Of a stretch of 64,000 bases of DNA, positions 39,896-50,847 are shown piece after piece; positions within the stretch are counted from its first letter, which is position 1; each line of letters starts with the position of its first letter. The position numbers were made by a program, and so were the translations under genes. The notes beneath the pieces were generated by a model that saw only the letters and a program-made list of their open reading frames with translations, did not search any database and was not told where the DNA came from. The DNA is taken from contig CAVQNN010000003.1 of assembly GCA_963714175.1 (NCBI GenBank), forward strand, positions 520,201 through 584,200. Reading direction: 5' to 3'. The DNA comes from an uncultured Actinomycetes bacterium. GTDB taxonomy: Bacteria > Actinomycetota > Thermoleophilia > RBG-16-64-13.

Positions 39896-40489
39896 ATGAG
39901 CTCATACGGACAGGTGCAGGTAAAGAGTGGTCGCTACAAGTTCCGGGGCGACTTCCATCGCCTCGAGCAGCATATGCCCATCAGGGATGCCGACAACGAC
40001 TGGAAACTGCTGGGCGTCACGAAGCCCAGGGATATGACCTACGTGCATTCCTACGGCGGTGAGGCGATATTCTTCGAATCGCTTTCCCAGGGCAAGCTCA
40101 TGGCCACCAGGTGCGACAACCCCGCCTGCGAAGCGAAAGGCTCGGTGTTTCAGCCGTTCAGGATCTACTGCCCGGACTGCCTCTCGAAGAACACGGTCAT
40201 CGACATGACCGATCTGGCCAAGAAGACGGCCACCGTGCACACGTTCATGGTCTGCCAGAGATCGGGCGCCTTCAACATGCTCGACAAGCCGATCCGCTTC
40301 ATCAATATCGAGTTCAAGGACGTGCCTACCATTCTGTTCAGCTATCTTCTGGTAGGTGATGAGCCTCAGATCGGGATGCGGGTCGTGCCGGTCTTCAAGT
40401 ACTACAATCCGAGCTACACGATCTTGGATCTTTCCTGGGTCCCCGCGGGCACGCCGGCCGAGGCGCTACCCGAAGGCTTCGGGTTCTAG
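39896..40489 (+). CDS. DUF35 Zn-ribbon/OB-fold protein (thiolase partner, BbsA/ChsH2-C-like)
   Basis: 197 aa with CDNPACEAKGSVFQPFRIYCPDC zinc ribbon. Sits immediately after the SCP-x thiolase, the known pairing. Confidence 0.8.
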   Translation: MSSYGQVQVKSGRYKFRGDFHRLEQHMPIRDADNDWKLLGVTKPRDMTYVHSYGGEAIFFESLSQGKLMATRCDNPACEAKGSVFQPFRIYCPDCLSKNTVIDMTDLAKKTATVHTFMVCQRSGAFNMLDKPIRFINIEFKDVPTILFSYLLVGDEPQIGMRVVPVFKYYNPSYTILDLSWVPAGTPAEALPEGFGF

Positions 40490-40589
40490 CCTCCAGGTGC
40501 GAACGTTCTAGGCGCGTAGACATCTTGTCGTTTGGCGGCGGGCGGTCCACCATAGAGTGGTGGGCCGCCCGCGACTGTCTGGAGGGTCG

Positions 40590-41572
40590 ATGTTGAGGAA
40601 CTATGACCTGCTCAGTGCTGAGGTCAACCTGATAGGCGTCATCAAGGCCAGGACGGTCATCGACCGCTACCTGAACCGCACCAATCTCACTTACTACTCG
40701 GAGCTATCCCGGCTGGCCGGCTGCGAGGTCTTCGTCAAGCACGAGAACCACAATCCCACCGGTTCGTTCAAGATCCGTGGCGCCTTGAACTTCTTCCACC
40801 ACATGTCCAAGGAGGAGTTGGAGAGAGGCGTGCTCGTCGCGACGCGCGGCAACCACGGCCTGGCCATGGCCTGGGCCGCTCAGTGGTTCCACGTGCCCTG
40901 CACCGTGGTCGTGCCGGAGAACAACAACCCGGAGATCAACCGCATCGTCGAGAGCCTGGGGGCCGACTTGATCACCCACGGCAACGACTTCTACGATGCC
41001 CAATCGTATTGCGACGAGCTGGTCGACAGCGCCGGGTACTACTACGTCGAGCAGGGCAACGAACCCGAGATCCTCAATGGCCTCGGCACCATGGGACTCG
41101 AGATACTTCGAGGACCTGCCGGACGTGGACGTCATCATCTGCCCCATCGGCGGCGGTTCGGGATGCGCCTCGCTGATCAAGGTGGTCCAGGCCATCAACC
41201 CGAAGGTGGAGATCATCGGAGTGCAGGCGGAGACGGGCGGCTGCTTTCTACGATTCGTGGAAGAAGGGCGAGTGGGTCACCATCGAAGGGGCCGACACCG
41301 TGGCCGACGGTCTGGCGGCGCGGAGCGTCTTCCAGCTCCCCTACGCGATCATGAAGGACCACATCACCGACGTGGTGCTCCTGAGCGAAGAGGAGATCCT
41401 GGAGGGTATCCGGCTGGCTCTGCGGGCCACGCACAACCTGGCCGAAGGGGCCGGGGCCGCAGCCATCACGGGGGCGATCAAGATCAAGGACCAGCTGGCG
41501 GGCAAGAAGGTGGCGCTGATCATGTCGGGCGGCAACCTGGACCACACCCATCTGCTGCAGGCACTCGCCTAG
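40590..41572 (+). pseudogene. PLP-dependent threonine/serine dehydratase-like enzyme (IlvA/TdcB fold) with at least three frameshifts
   Basis: PLP-lysine motif HNPTGSFKIRGA. Fragments GNHGLAMAWAAQWF, ICPIGGGSGCASLIKVVQAINPKVEIIGVQ, and C-terminal GAIKIKDQLAGKKVALIMSGGNLD lie in different frames. Confidence 0.7.
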
Positions 41573-42694
41573 GGCTATCAGTGGCCGAGAGGGCGCAGGG
41601 GCCTCCGCGAAGCACTGCAGATACTGCAAAGCTTCGCTCCGACTCCTACGCCCCCTCGGCGTCATTCATGTCAGGTGGCACTATCTGAGCTTCTCGGGTG
41701 TACTCCAGGGCTCGCAATTCACTCCTAGCGTCTTCGGCATGCCTTCGCATCGACTTTGCTCGCCTTGGTGCTCAGGAGACAGACCTCTGCCCATCTGGAT
41801 GAGCTCGTTGCCTTCCGTCACTGTAGCATCGAGCAACGATGAACGACCATCTGCGCATCTGGCACATCTCCGCCACAGGTGGCGATTGGGCAACGTTCAA
41901 AGCCGCTCTGGTCCAACGACCTCAGGCAACGATGCGCCGTTCGTCGATGTGCTCTCGCCGGTGGGTCACTCGCGCCAGCACGTCCCAGCAGCCTCATGAG
42001 TCCCAGTCGATTGAGGGCGAGGCAAGATGTCGATTTTGTCCTCGAACATGACAGGCGTCCCTTCTGGGGCTTCGAGGACACCATCTGGCCGATCAGAGCC
42101 GGAGACCCGGTCGAGACGGGCTCCCGTTCACCGACTTCGACTGATGAGATATGGCGACCTGTTCGCCGAGCGAGTCCCATGGCAGGCCAGGTCGGCCAGC
42201 GGTCGCCGACGGCATGCCCTAGGCGACGCCGGATTGAGTCTGCTCACAGGCACAGTCCGTCTGAGACAGATGGAGCTGTCATCGGTCCGACTCCGCGGCG
42301 CCGAGACCGTTGACGGCCGTACCTTGCGCATGGGATGCCGAGGCGGAACTGCACTCGACGGAGATCACGCTCGTGCGCTTCCTGACCGACAGTCGCCGGA
42401 CCCGTCCTACGCACGAGGCAGAACGGCGTCCAGCACGCACGTGCTGTGGGCGATGCTCGGCGCATTCCGCATGCAGGGCGCCTGGCGACACGCAGCGACC
42501 GCATCCCGGCTCGAGCATCGCCAGGTCGCTGTCCAATCGTCGCGGCTAGCCGTTCGCGCCAGACTGCGGTCGACTCGCAAGAGCGCGACCGGAGACATGG
42601 CTGTCTCACCTCGGCCTGCGATGTTCTTGCGCTTGCGTGTCCAGCCACCGCCCGGACCCTCTACCCACGCGCCGGAGCTGCGTAGCCTGTCGGG
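41573..42694. other. About 1.1 kb coding-poor, GC-rich region between convergent genes; only Arg-rich, low-complexity ORFs
   Basis: No ORF with recognisable domain signatures or a good RBS. Possibly a decayed gene remnant or ncRNA locus. Confidence 0.35.
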
Positions 42695-43637
42695 CTACTC
42701 GCTCGCCCGGTAGTACCCGCTCCACTTGGCGTCGACCTGGGCCTGGATCTCGGCGACCTGCTCCTCCGTGAGAGTCCTGAAGCGCGACTGGGTCTTCAGA
42801 TAGTCTCCCACCGGGACCAGTTGCTGCTTCTCCAGCAGCTTCTCTGAGGCGCCGGTCAGGCGGAATGCGCCTCGCTCCACCTCGTACAGGTCGAAGTAGC
42901 CGGTCTCCACGGCCAGCCGTGCCGATCTTGATGGTGTAGCGGGGGTCGAAGCCCCAGCCCGGCGGGCAGGGCGTGTGGATGTGGATGTACTTGGTGCCCT
43001 GGATCGCCAAGGCTTTCTTGATCTTGTCGTAGAGGTCGAGCGGGTAGGCCGAGGAGGCCGTGGCCACGTAGTCGATGCCGTGCGCGGCCATGATGGCGGG
43101 CACGTCCTTTTTCTGCTGCTGCTTTCCCCTGATGGGGGTGTTCGAGGTCAAGGCTCCCCATGGCGTGGTGCCCGAACGTTGCACCCCGGTGTTCATGTAG
43201 CCCTCGTTGTCGTAGCACATGAAGAGGAAGTCGTCACCGCGTTCGGCCGCCCCGGAGAGCGCCTGGATGCCGATGTCGGCCGTACCGCCGTCTCCGGCCC
43301 AGGCGACCACGTTGATGTGCTCCCTGCCCTGGGCCTTGAGCGCTTCCAGCACGCCCGTGGCCGCCGACGCGGTGGAGGCGAAGGTCACGTTCAGGCAGGG
43401 CAACTGGGTGGAGGCGATGGGGAAGAGCCCCTGCAGGACGGTCAGGCAACTGGGGGGCACGACGAGGATGGTATCCGGTCCCAGGGCCTTGAGTCCGATG
43501 CGGTAGGCGATGCCCAGACCGCAGCCCGTGCAGGCCCGGTTGCCCGGGTGGACGAGTTCTTCTCTGGGCAGGGTGAGTATGGTGGTCTTGGTGGGCACGA
43601 CAGGCGCTCCTCCAGAAGGCTGTTCCGCGGCCTTCAA
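42695..43637 (-). CDS. porB: Pyruvate/2-oxoacid:ferredoxin oxidoreductase beta subunit (TPP-binding); frameshift near nt 42915
   Basis: TPP-fold segments (GNRACTGCG, GDGGTADIG). The C-terminal ~70 aa (METGYFDLYEVERG...) lie in another frame (ORF 42695-42910). Confidence 0.8.
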
Positions 43638-44833
43638 AGCTTGAGCCCGATCCAGTTGGGACCCTCTTCGAGCGTGCCGGCGATGTAAGCGCGCAGGGTG
43701 GCGGTGAGATCGGGGGTCCGGATCTCGCGGCCGCCGATGCCGGCGATCAGGCCCTTGACGATGGGAGCCCGGTTCTTGTCCTCGATGTGTTCGTAGAGGG
43801 CGGCCTTGAGATCGGAGCAGAGCGCACCCTCATAGCCGTAAGACAGCGCCTTCTCGATGACGATCACGCCGCGGGCATGCCGCAGAGCGTCGGCCAGGGC
43901 CTGGTCGGGGAAGGGACGGTAGAGCCTGACCCCGAGTACGCCGATGTTGAGCCCTTCGTCCCGAAGGCTGTCAACCACGTCATGCAGCTGATAGGTCAGC
44001 GAACCGAGGCCGACCACGATGTACTCGGCGTCGTCGCAGCGATACGGTTCCAGAAGGGCGTTCCCTCCCCGGCCGAAGACCTCCTTGAACGAGTCCTCGG
44101 TCTGCTGGGCGACCGTCAGGGCGGCTCTCATGTCTTCCTGGAGCAGGTAGCGGATCTCCATGTAGCCGTGGGCCATCTCGCCCGTGACGTCCATGCGCAC
44201 GTCGGGCAGCGTCACGGTGTTGAGGTTGGCCGGATTCTGAGGGTCGAGAGCATAGGCCGGTTTGAAGGGCTTCAGAAACTGCGGGACCTTCTCCTCTTCC
44301 GGCACCACAAAGGGCATGTAGGTGTGCGAGAGCAGGTAGCCGTCGTAGCAGAGCATCACCGGGACACTGGTCGCTTCGGCGATGGAGAAGGCCTTGAGGA
44401 CGCCGTCGATGATCTGCTGGTGGTCGCAGGCATACATCTGGATCCAGCCGGTGTCGCGCTGCGAGATGGAGTCTTGGTGATCGTTCCAGATATTCCAGGG
44501 GGCGCCCACGGCCCGGTTCACCACGCACATCACGATGGGCAGCCGGGCACCCGCGGCCCAGTGGACCTGTTCGTGCATGTAGAGCAGCCCGTTGGCGCTG
44601 GTGGCGGTGAACGCCCGCGCGCCGGTCGAACTGGCGGCGATGCAGACCGCCAAGGCGGAGTGCTCGCTCTCGACCGGGACGTACTGGGCCTTCATCTCGC
44701 CGCCCTCGATGAGTTCGGAGAGCTTCTCGGTCAGAGGGGTCTGCGGAGTGATGGGATAGGCCGCCACCACCTGGACTCCGGCCAGCTTCACCCCCAGGGC
44801 GGCCGCGACGTTGCCGTTCTCGATTATGTGCAT
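43634..44833 (-). CDS. porA: Pyruvate/2-oxoacid:ferredoxin oxidoreductase alpha subunit
   Basis: Start MHIIENGNVAAALGVKLAGVQVVAAYPITPQT is typical of PorA. 400 aa. ATGA overlap with porB. Confidence 0.85.
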   Translation of the reverse strand: MHIIENGNVAAALGVKLAGVQVVAAYPITPQTPLTEKLSELIEGGEMKAQYVPVESEHSALAVCIAASSTGARAFTATSANGLLYMHEQVHWAAGARLPIVMCVVNRAVGAPWNIWNDHQDSISQRDTGWIQMYACDHQQIIDGVLKAFSIAEATSVPVMLCYDGYLLSHTYMPFVVPEEEKVPQFLKPFKPAYALDPQNPANLNTVTLPDVRMDVTGEMAHGYMEIRYLLQEDMRAALTVAQQTEDSFKEVFGRGGNALLEPYRCDDAEYIVVGLGSLTYQLHDVVDSLRDEGLNIGVLGVRLYRPFPDQALADALRHARGVIVIEKALSYGYEGALCSDLKAALYEHIEDKNRAPIVKGLIAGIGGREIRTPDLTATLRAYIAGTLEEGPNWIGLKL

Positions 44834-45171
44834 GGCCGCGGTCCTTCGTAGGAGCAGGCCTGCGCCTCTTCGTCGTCGACCGAGTCGGACTCGTCGACCA
44901 TGGTGATGGCCTTGGTGGGGCATTCCTCGGCGCAGATGGCGCAGCCTTTGCAGTACTCGTAGTCGATGGTGGGCGGGATGGTGCGCGAGATCACGCAATC
45001 GGGGCAGTAGAGCCAGCAGATGAAGCAGGCCTCGGAGCCGCGTTTGGCCGGTGTGCAGCGCTCGACGTCGATGACCGGACGCTGGACGCGCCAGGAGCCG
45101 GTCGCGCCGCCGTCGCCCGGGCCGGACTGGCTGTGCGAGGTCTTGAATCGATATCCCCTGGTGCCCATCAT
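44824..45171 (-). CDS. porD: POR delta subunit (2x[4Fe-4S] ferredoxin)
   Basis: CFICWLYCPDC and CKGCAICAEECP motifs. 115 aa. Confidence 0.8.
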   Translation of the reverse strand: MMGTRGYRFKTSHSQSGPGDGGATGSWRVQRPVIDVERCTPAKRGSEACFICWLYCPDCVISRTIPPTIDYEYCKGCAICAEECPTKAITMVDESDSVDDEEAQACSYEGPRPCT

Positions 45172-45823
45172 TCGCCCCCGGCGACGGCCGCGCCGGCGCC
45201 ACCTGTCTCGGCGTAGACGCCGGCGCTCGTTACGACGGCGGCCGCGCCGGCGCCACCAATGCCGGCATCCACGCCGACGTCACTCACGACGGTCTTCTCG
45301 TAGGCCAGTCTGGCGGCCTGCGCGTTGGCCTGCGGCTTCTTGGTCTCGAACTCGGCCTCGATCTCGGCGAGCACCGGTCGAAGGGCACGATGTCGAGAGC
45401 CCGGCACAGGGCACCGATGATGCCGGAGTTCACCCTGCCCTGAGGCAGCCCCGCCTCCACCGACAGGGCGGTGACGTCGGCCACGGCCAGGCGCATGCCC
45501 TCGAAGTCATAGGCCGAGAGAGGTCTGGGAGTGTTGAGGACGATGAGCCCGCCCTCCTTGAGCCCCCTGGTCACATCGGCCTCGGCCAGCAGCAGGTAGT
45601 CCAGCACGACCACGATATCCGGAGTCTCGATGGGGGAGATGTCGTAGATCTTCTCCTTGGCGATCTTGAGGGAGGTGAAGACCGGGGCGCCACGACGTTC
45701 GGTGCCGAAGGTCGGGGCCATGACCACCCCGGTGTATCCGGACTTGAACGCCGCCGTGGCGAATATCTTCGCCGCGGTGATCGCACCCTGTCCGCCTCTG
45801 CCGTGCCACCGTATCTCGATCAT
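45168..45823 (-). CDS. porG: POR gamma subunit; frameshift near nt 45380 and unusual Gly/Ala-rich C-terminal tail abutting porD
   Basis: MIEIRWHGRGGQGAITAAKIF is typical of PorG. The tail ...AYEKTVVSDVGVDAGIGGAGAAAVVTSAG...GGE* ends at a TGATG overlap with porD. Confidence 0.75.
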
Positions 45824-45945
45824 CCGGGTTCTTTCCTACTGTCTCGTATCGCGCGTGCGAGGTATTCTACTAACTCTTGGCCAGGAGTCTACATCTCCGG
45901 CGGCATCTCGGGGCTGATCAGCGCACAGGAGGTTGGGGAGTCGGC

Positions 45946-46716
45946 ATGTACATCGATCTCAAGAAGGATGGCGGAGTCGCTCTTCTCACCGTCAACCGGC
46001 CCGAGGCGCTCAACGCCATGAACGCCGCCATGCTGCACGAACTATGCGAGGCCGTGGAGCAGGTAGAGGGCGACGACGAGGTGAGAGTGCTGGTGATCAC
46101 CGGGGCGGGCAAGGCATTCATCGCCGGGGCGGACATCGGCCACATGAGCGGGCTCTCACCCCAGCAGGCGAAGGAATGGTCGGAGTTCGGCCAGAGTACG
46201 GTGGGCAAGTTCGAGAACATGAAGAAGCCGGTGATCGCGGCCGTCAACGGCTACGCTCTCGGCGGAGGCACCGAACTGGCCATGGCCTGCGACATCAGGG
46301 TGGCGTCGGAGCGGGCGGTGTTCGGACAGCCCGAGGTCAAGCTGGGCATGATCGCCGGGTTCGGGGGGACGCAGAGACTGCCCAGACTGGTCGGCCCGGG
46401 CAGGGCCAAAGAGATGCTGTTCACCGGCGATCACTACGACGCCGAAGCGGCGTGCAAGATGGGGCTGGTCAACAAGGTGGTCCCGGCGGACGAGCTGCTG
46501 GACTACTGCCTCGACATGGCCAAGAGGATCGCCTCGAGGGGACCCCAGGCCGTGAGACTCAGCAAAGAGGCCGTGAATCACGGCCAGGAGATGGATCTGG
46601 AAAAAGCCCTCCATTTGGAATCGGATCTCTACGGTCTGGTGTTCTCCAACGATGAGCCGCGCGAGGGTTGCAATGCATTCCTAGAGAAACGGGAGCCAAA
46701 GTGGACTTCAAGCTAA
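45946..46716 (+). CDS. Enoyl-CoA hydratase/isomerase (crotonase) family
   Basis: RBS GGAGG. Crotonase motifs ITGAGKAFIAGADI and NGYALGGGTELAMACD. Confidence 0.85.
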   Translation: MYIDLKKDGGVALLTVNRPEALNAMNAAMLHELCEAVEQVEGDDEVRVLVITGAGKAFIAGADIGHMSGLSPQQAKEWSEFGQSTVGKFENMKKPVIAAVNGYALGGGTELAMACDIRVASERAVFGQPEVKLGMIAGFGGTQRLPRLVGPGRAKEMLFTGDHYDAEAACKMGLVNKVVPADELLDYCLDMAKRIASRGPQAVRLSKEAVNHGQEMDLEKALHLESDLYGLVFSNDEPREGCNAFLEKREPKWTSS

Positions 46717-47840
46717 CAGACGACCAACAGCTGATCCGGGACACGGTCAGGGACTTCGCCCAGCAACAGATCGTGCCCGTGGCGGCGGAGATCGACAGGT
46801 CAGGCGTTTTCCCCGCGGACATCTTCAAGCAGATGGCCGAACTCGGGTTGATGGGGCTGCCGATACCGGAGGCCTACTGCGGGTCCGGGGCGGACTACAC
46901 CAGCTACTGCCTGGCTCTGGAGGAGATCACGCGGGCCTGTGGTTCGACGGGCTTGGGCTACGAGGCGCACATCTCCCTCGGCTGCATGCCCCTCTATCTC
47001 TTTGGCACCGAGGAGCAGAAGCAGGAGTATCTGACCGTGCTCTGCAGAGGCGAGAGCATGGGCTCGTTCGGCCTCACCGAGCCGGAAGCCGGTTCCGACG
47101 CCGGCGGCACCAAGACCACAGCCGTTCTTCAGGATGGCGAATGGGTCATCAACGGGTCGAAGTGCTTCATCACCAACGCGAGCTACGCCAAGTTCGTGAC
47201 CATCACCGCCGTGACCGACAAGGGTGTGGGGACACGCGGCATCAGCAACATCATCGTGCCCGCCGGAACGCCCGGCTTCGTCGTTCGCGAGGGCTACGAG
47301 AAGATGGGCCTGCACGGCTCCAACACGACGCAGCTGTTCTTCGACGACGTGAGGGTGCCCGAGAAGAACCTGGTCGGCGTGCGCGGGGAGGGCTTCAAGC
47401 AGTTTCTCAAGGTGCTCGACGGCGGCCGGATCGCCATCGGGGCCATGGGGGTGGGGATCGCCCAGGCCTGTCTGGACGCCGCGCTGAAGTACGCCAAGGA
47501 ACGCGTCCAGTTCGGCCAGCCCATCGGCAAGTTCCAGGCCGTCCAGTTCAAGCTGGCCGACATCGCCATGAACATCGAGTTGGCCAGGAACATGTATCTC
47601 AAGGCGGCCTGGCTCAAAGACACCGGCCAGCCCTACGCGCTGGAAGCCAACTACGCCAAGCTCTTCGGCTCCGAGATATCGACCAAGGCGGCGTTGGAGG
47701 CCATCCAGATCCACGGTGGATACGGATACATCAATGAGTTCCCGGTGGAGCGCTACCTGCGAGACTCCAAACTGCTGGAGATCGGCGAGGGCACCTCGGA
47801 AGTGATCAGATTGGTGATCGCAAGGAGCCTCGGCCTGTAG
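46701..47840 (+). CDS. Acyl-CoA dehydrogenase
   Basis: GTG start overlapping the crotonase end. Acyl-CoA dehydrogenase signatures (FGLTEPEAGSD, catalytic-base region YLRDSKLLEIGEGTSE). Confidence 0.85.
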   Translation: MDFKLTDDQQLIRDTVRDFAQQQIVPVAAEIDRSGVFPADIFKQMAELGLMGLPIPEAYCGSGADYTSYCLALEEITRACGSTGLGYEAHISLGCMPLYLFGTEEQKQEYLTVLCRGESMGSFGLTEPEAGSDAGGTKTTAVLQDGEWVINGSKCFITNASYAKFVTITAVTDKGVGTRGISNIIVPAGTPGFVVREGYEKMGLHGSNTTQLFFDDVRVPEKNLVGVRGEGFKQFLKVLDGGRIAIGAMGVGIAQACLDAALKYAKERVQFGQPIGKFQAVQFKLADIAMNIELARNMYLKAAWLKDTGQPYALEANYAKLFGSEISTKAALEAIQIHGGYGYINEFPVERYLRDSKLLEIGEGTSEVIRLVIARSLGL

Positions 47841-47868
47841 CGGTACCCGAGATCCCAGGCGGATCCAG

Positions 47869-48779
47869 CTACTGTGTCTCAGGAATCCAGCTGGCCGTGT
47901 ACTCCAGGCCGGCGAACGCGCCGTCGAGGGGTGGTTCGCTGGCTACCCAGCGGCCACTCAGACCGTGTTCGCGACAGACAAGATCGAAATGACTCATGGC
48001 GATCCCCATGTCGACCCGCTGTAGATCGGCCAGCCTCAACAAGGAGAAGGTGGCGCTGCCCTTGCCGTAGCCTTTGGTTCGCTGAAGGTAGAAATGCCAC
48101 GTCTTCCCAGACCGGATCAGTCGCCATGGTTGCTTGTTCGAAGCGGAAGGTGCCCATCTCACCGCCTCGAGCACCTCTGCGTACTCGTTGTCACGCGAGG
48201 GATCAAGGGGCTCTCCGAACCGTGCTTCGAAGAAGAGTTGCTCGGGAGGCAATCGGCGGTTGCTGCCCGCCATCTGCCGCATCCTGGTGTCTTTGCTGCC
48301 TTCAGCCGGGTATCCCACAGCCACCACGGCGGGTACGGTCTCGTCGCGCCCGGCCTTGATCTTCCGCGCGAAGGAGCTCTTGGAGAAACTGCCGCCGAGC
48401 CAACAGGTCTGCAGTCCGAGGTCGGTGGCCGCGAGTACCGCTCGCTCCAGACAGTGACCGTAGTCCTCCAGGTTCTTCAGACCGGGCTCGACCGCCCCCA
48501 CGATGAATCCGGGCGCGCCTTTGATGAAGCCGTAGGTTCCGAGTCGCTTCAGAGCCGCGCGGTCGTTCTCGGTCGCCGCCACCAGAGAGAATCTGGTGGA
48601 GCTCCCGAAAGGCCCGTGCGAAGGGCGGCCAGGAACTCGGTCAGTCCCTGCCTGCTCGCAGCTTCGATCGGCTGGTCCAGGTAGCTGCGGCACGAGTACC
48701 TGCGTTTGACCAGGTCGTCGATCGAGCTTCTCACCAAGGTCCTCCAGACAGTCGTTGTCGGCCGTTCATCCGTTCGCAC
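47869..48779 (-). CDS. Nitroreductase-family flavoprotein; frameshift near nt 48600
   Basis: N-terminal DDLVKRRYSCRSYLDQPIE is in one frame. The remainder (...ASNKQPWRLIRSGKTWHFYL...) is in another. Confidence 0.65.
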
Positions 48780-48803
48780 GGGCGTCCCTACAGCGGAAGG
48801 GTC

Positions 48804-50730
48804 TCACTCCCAACGGCCTGAGGCTAGGGCCTGGGTGCGCCCTGTCTCGAAGTACCCCTCCCAGGGATCGCCTTCCAGCCGGCTCAGCCTCTTCTGGAGG
48901 GTCCTCACCGTGTAGGTGTCGGGCCGGATGCGCCCGCTGAGTTCGGTCCAGCGCAGAGGGACGGCGACCGAGGCCCGCTCCTTGGCCCGCGTGGAGTATG
49001 GGGCGATGGCCGTGGCTCCGCGATTGTTGCGCACGTAGTCGATGAAGATCTTCCCTCCTCGCTTGGCCTTCGACATGTTGGCGGTGAACCCGTCGGGCGC
49101 CCTGCTCACAACGGCGTCGGCCACCCCTTTGCAGAACACGCGCACGTCTTCCCAGCCCGCCGACGGGGTCAGGGGCACCACCACATGCAGTCCCTTGCCG
49201 CCCGTCGTCTTGACGAAGCTCTCGAGCCCGACGTCGCGGAGAACGTCCCTCACCAGACGGGCTCCGGCGGCCAGCGCCGTCCAGGAGACGCGTGGGATCG
49301 GGATCCAGGTCGAAGACGAGCATGTCCGGGTGTTCGATGTCCGGCCAGGTGGATCCCCAGATGTGTATCTCCAAGACGCCCATCTGGGCCAGAGCGGTCA
49401 GACTGGCCGCTTCGGTGATGGTGAGGTAGGGGGCGGGGCCGCCCGACTCGGTGATCATCACCCGCTCGAAGGGGCCGGGAAAGTCCGCCGCCGGATGCTT
49501 GTGAAAGAAGCAGGCTCCGACCCGGCCGCGGCCCTGGCGCACGCTGGCCGGCAGTTCCGCGATCCCGTCTGGGCAGCGGACCATCGACACGGGTCTTCCG
49601 AGAACGTAGGGGAGCATCCGCTCGGCGACCTGGTCGTAGTAGGCGACCAGGTCGCGCTTGGTGATCTGGTCGAGCGGCCAGAAGATCCGCTCCGGGTGGG
49701 TGAGGGCCACGCCGTTCACGATTTCGCCCCCCGCGCTCACGAGGTCGCCTCCGCGGGCAGTTCGTGCGCGACCTCGGCCACGACCTCTGCCGGCGACTTG
49801 TCCTCGCGCAGGCCCGATGAAACTCGGATGGCGGATGCCTCCGGAAGACGTCCACTCCATGAACGCCACCTCCGCCACCAGCTCCGGCCTGACCCAGTGG
49901 ATTCCTGTCCGCGTCGGGGGCAGATTCTCCGTGAAAGGAGGATTCTCCATCTCCATCCCCCGGAGACGCTCTCCGAGGTTGCGCAGGAGTCTGTCGTCGA
50001 AACCCGTCCCCACCTTGCTCACGTAGCGGAGCCCGCCGCTGCTTTGGACGCCAAGGAGGAGAGCGCCGAAGCCTACTCGAGCCCCGCCGGGATCGGTGAA
50101 CCCCCCGATCACGAATTCCTGCTCGTGGCGGCACTTTGACTTGACCCAGTCGGCTCCCCGTGCGCCCGGCCGGTATCGGGCGGCGGCCTTCTTGCTGACC
50201 ACTCCCTCAAGCCCCATCCTGCAGGCCTCCGCCAGCACGGCGGGTCCGTCTCCGGGGATGTGCTCGGAGTAGTGGATCCGACCTCCGCTGTCTCCTCGGG
50301 CGAGCAACTGAGCGAGCAGCGCCCTGCGCTCCTCGATGGGAGCGTCGAGCAGGTCGAAGCCGTCCAGGTAGAGGAGGTCGAAGACGTAGTACGCGAGCCG
50401 GCCTCCGGCGGCGCCTCGGCGCTTTCCCTCCACGCCCTCTGAGCCAAGAACCCGCCGCAGTTCCTCGAAGCTGGTCGTCCCATCCGGGAGTTGGACCACC
50501 ACCTCCCCGTCCAGCATCGCGTTCTCGACCGGTAGCTTGGCCAACTCGTCCGCGAGGACCCGGTAGGGTCCCGTCCAATCCTTGTCGTTGCGCGAGCGCA
50601 TCTCGACCGTGCCTCGCTCGATCCTGGCCAGAGCCCGGTAGCCGTCGAACTTCACCTCGTGCAGCCAGTCGTCGCCTTGGGGGGCCTGCTCGACCAGGGT
50701 GGCCAGTTCGGGCTGCACGAAGCGAGGCAT
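48804..50730 (-). CDS. ligD: Multidomain DNA ligase D (ATP-dependent ligase domain + primase-polymerase domain); frameshift(s) near nt 49270
   Basis: Ligase domain FVQPELATLV...HEVKFDGYRA (adenylation lysine motif). Pol domain KTTGGKGLHVVVPL is in a second frame. Adjacent to the ku gene. Confidence 0.8.
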
Positions 50731-50847
50731 CTCCGCGACCCGTCGGGCGCCGGTCACGTTCGTGGATCGAGAAGGGTGTCTTCGCCCGGTCCCAGTCTTG
50801 GGGTGTCTGTCGATCGCCGCGGCCAACTGGACTGCTACCCCGCCGCC

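Noticed and set aside
42027-42713. 228-aa plus-strand ORF in the coding-poor gap.
   Set aside because: Extremely Arg/Ser-rich and low complexity, with no RBS or motifs. Judged non-coding.
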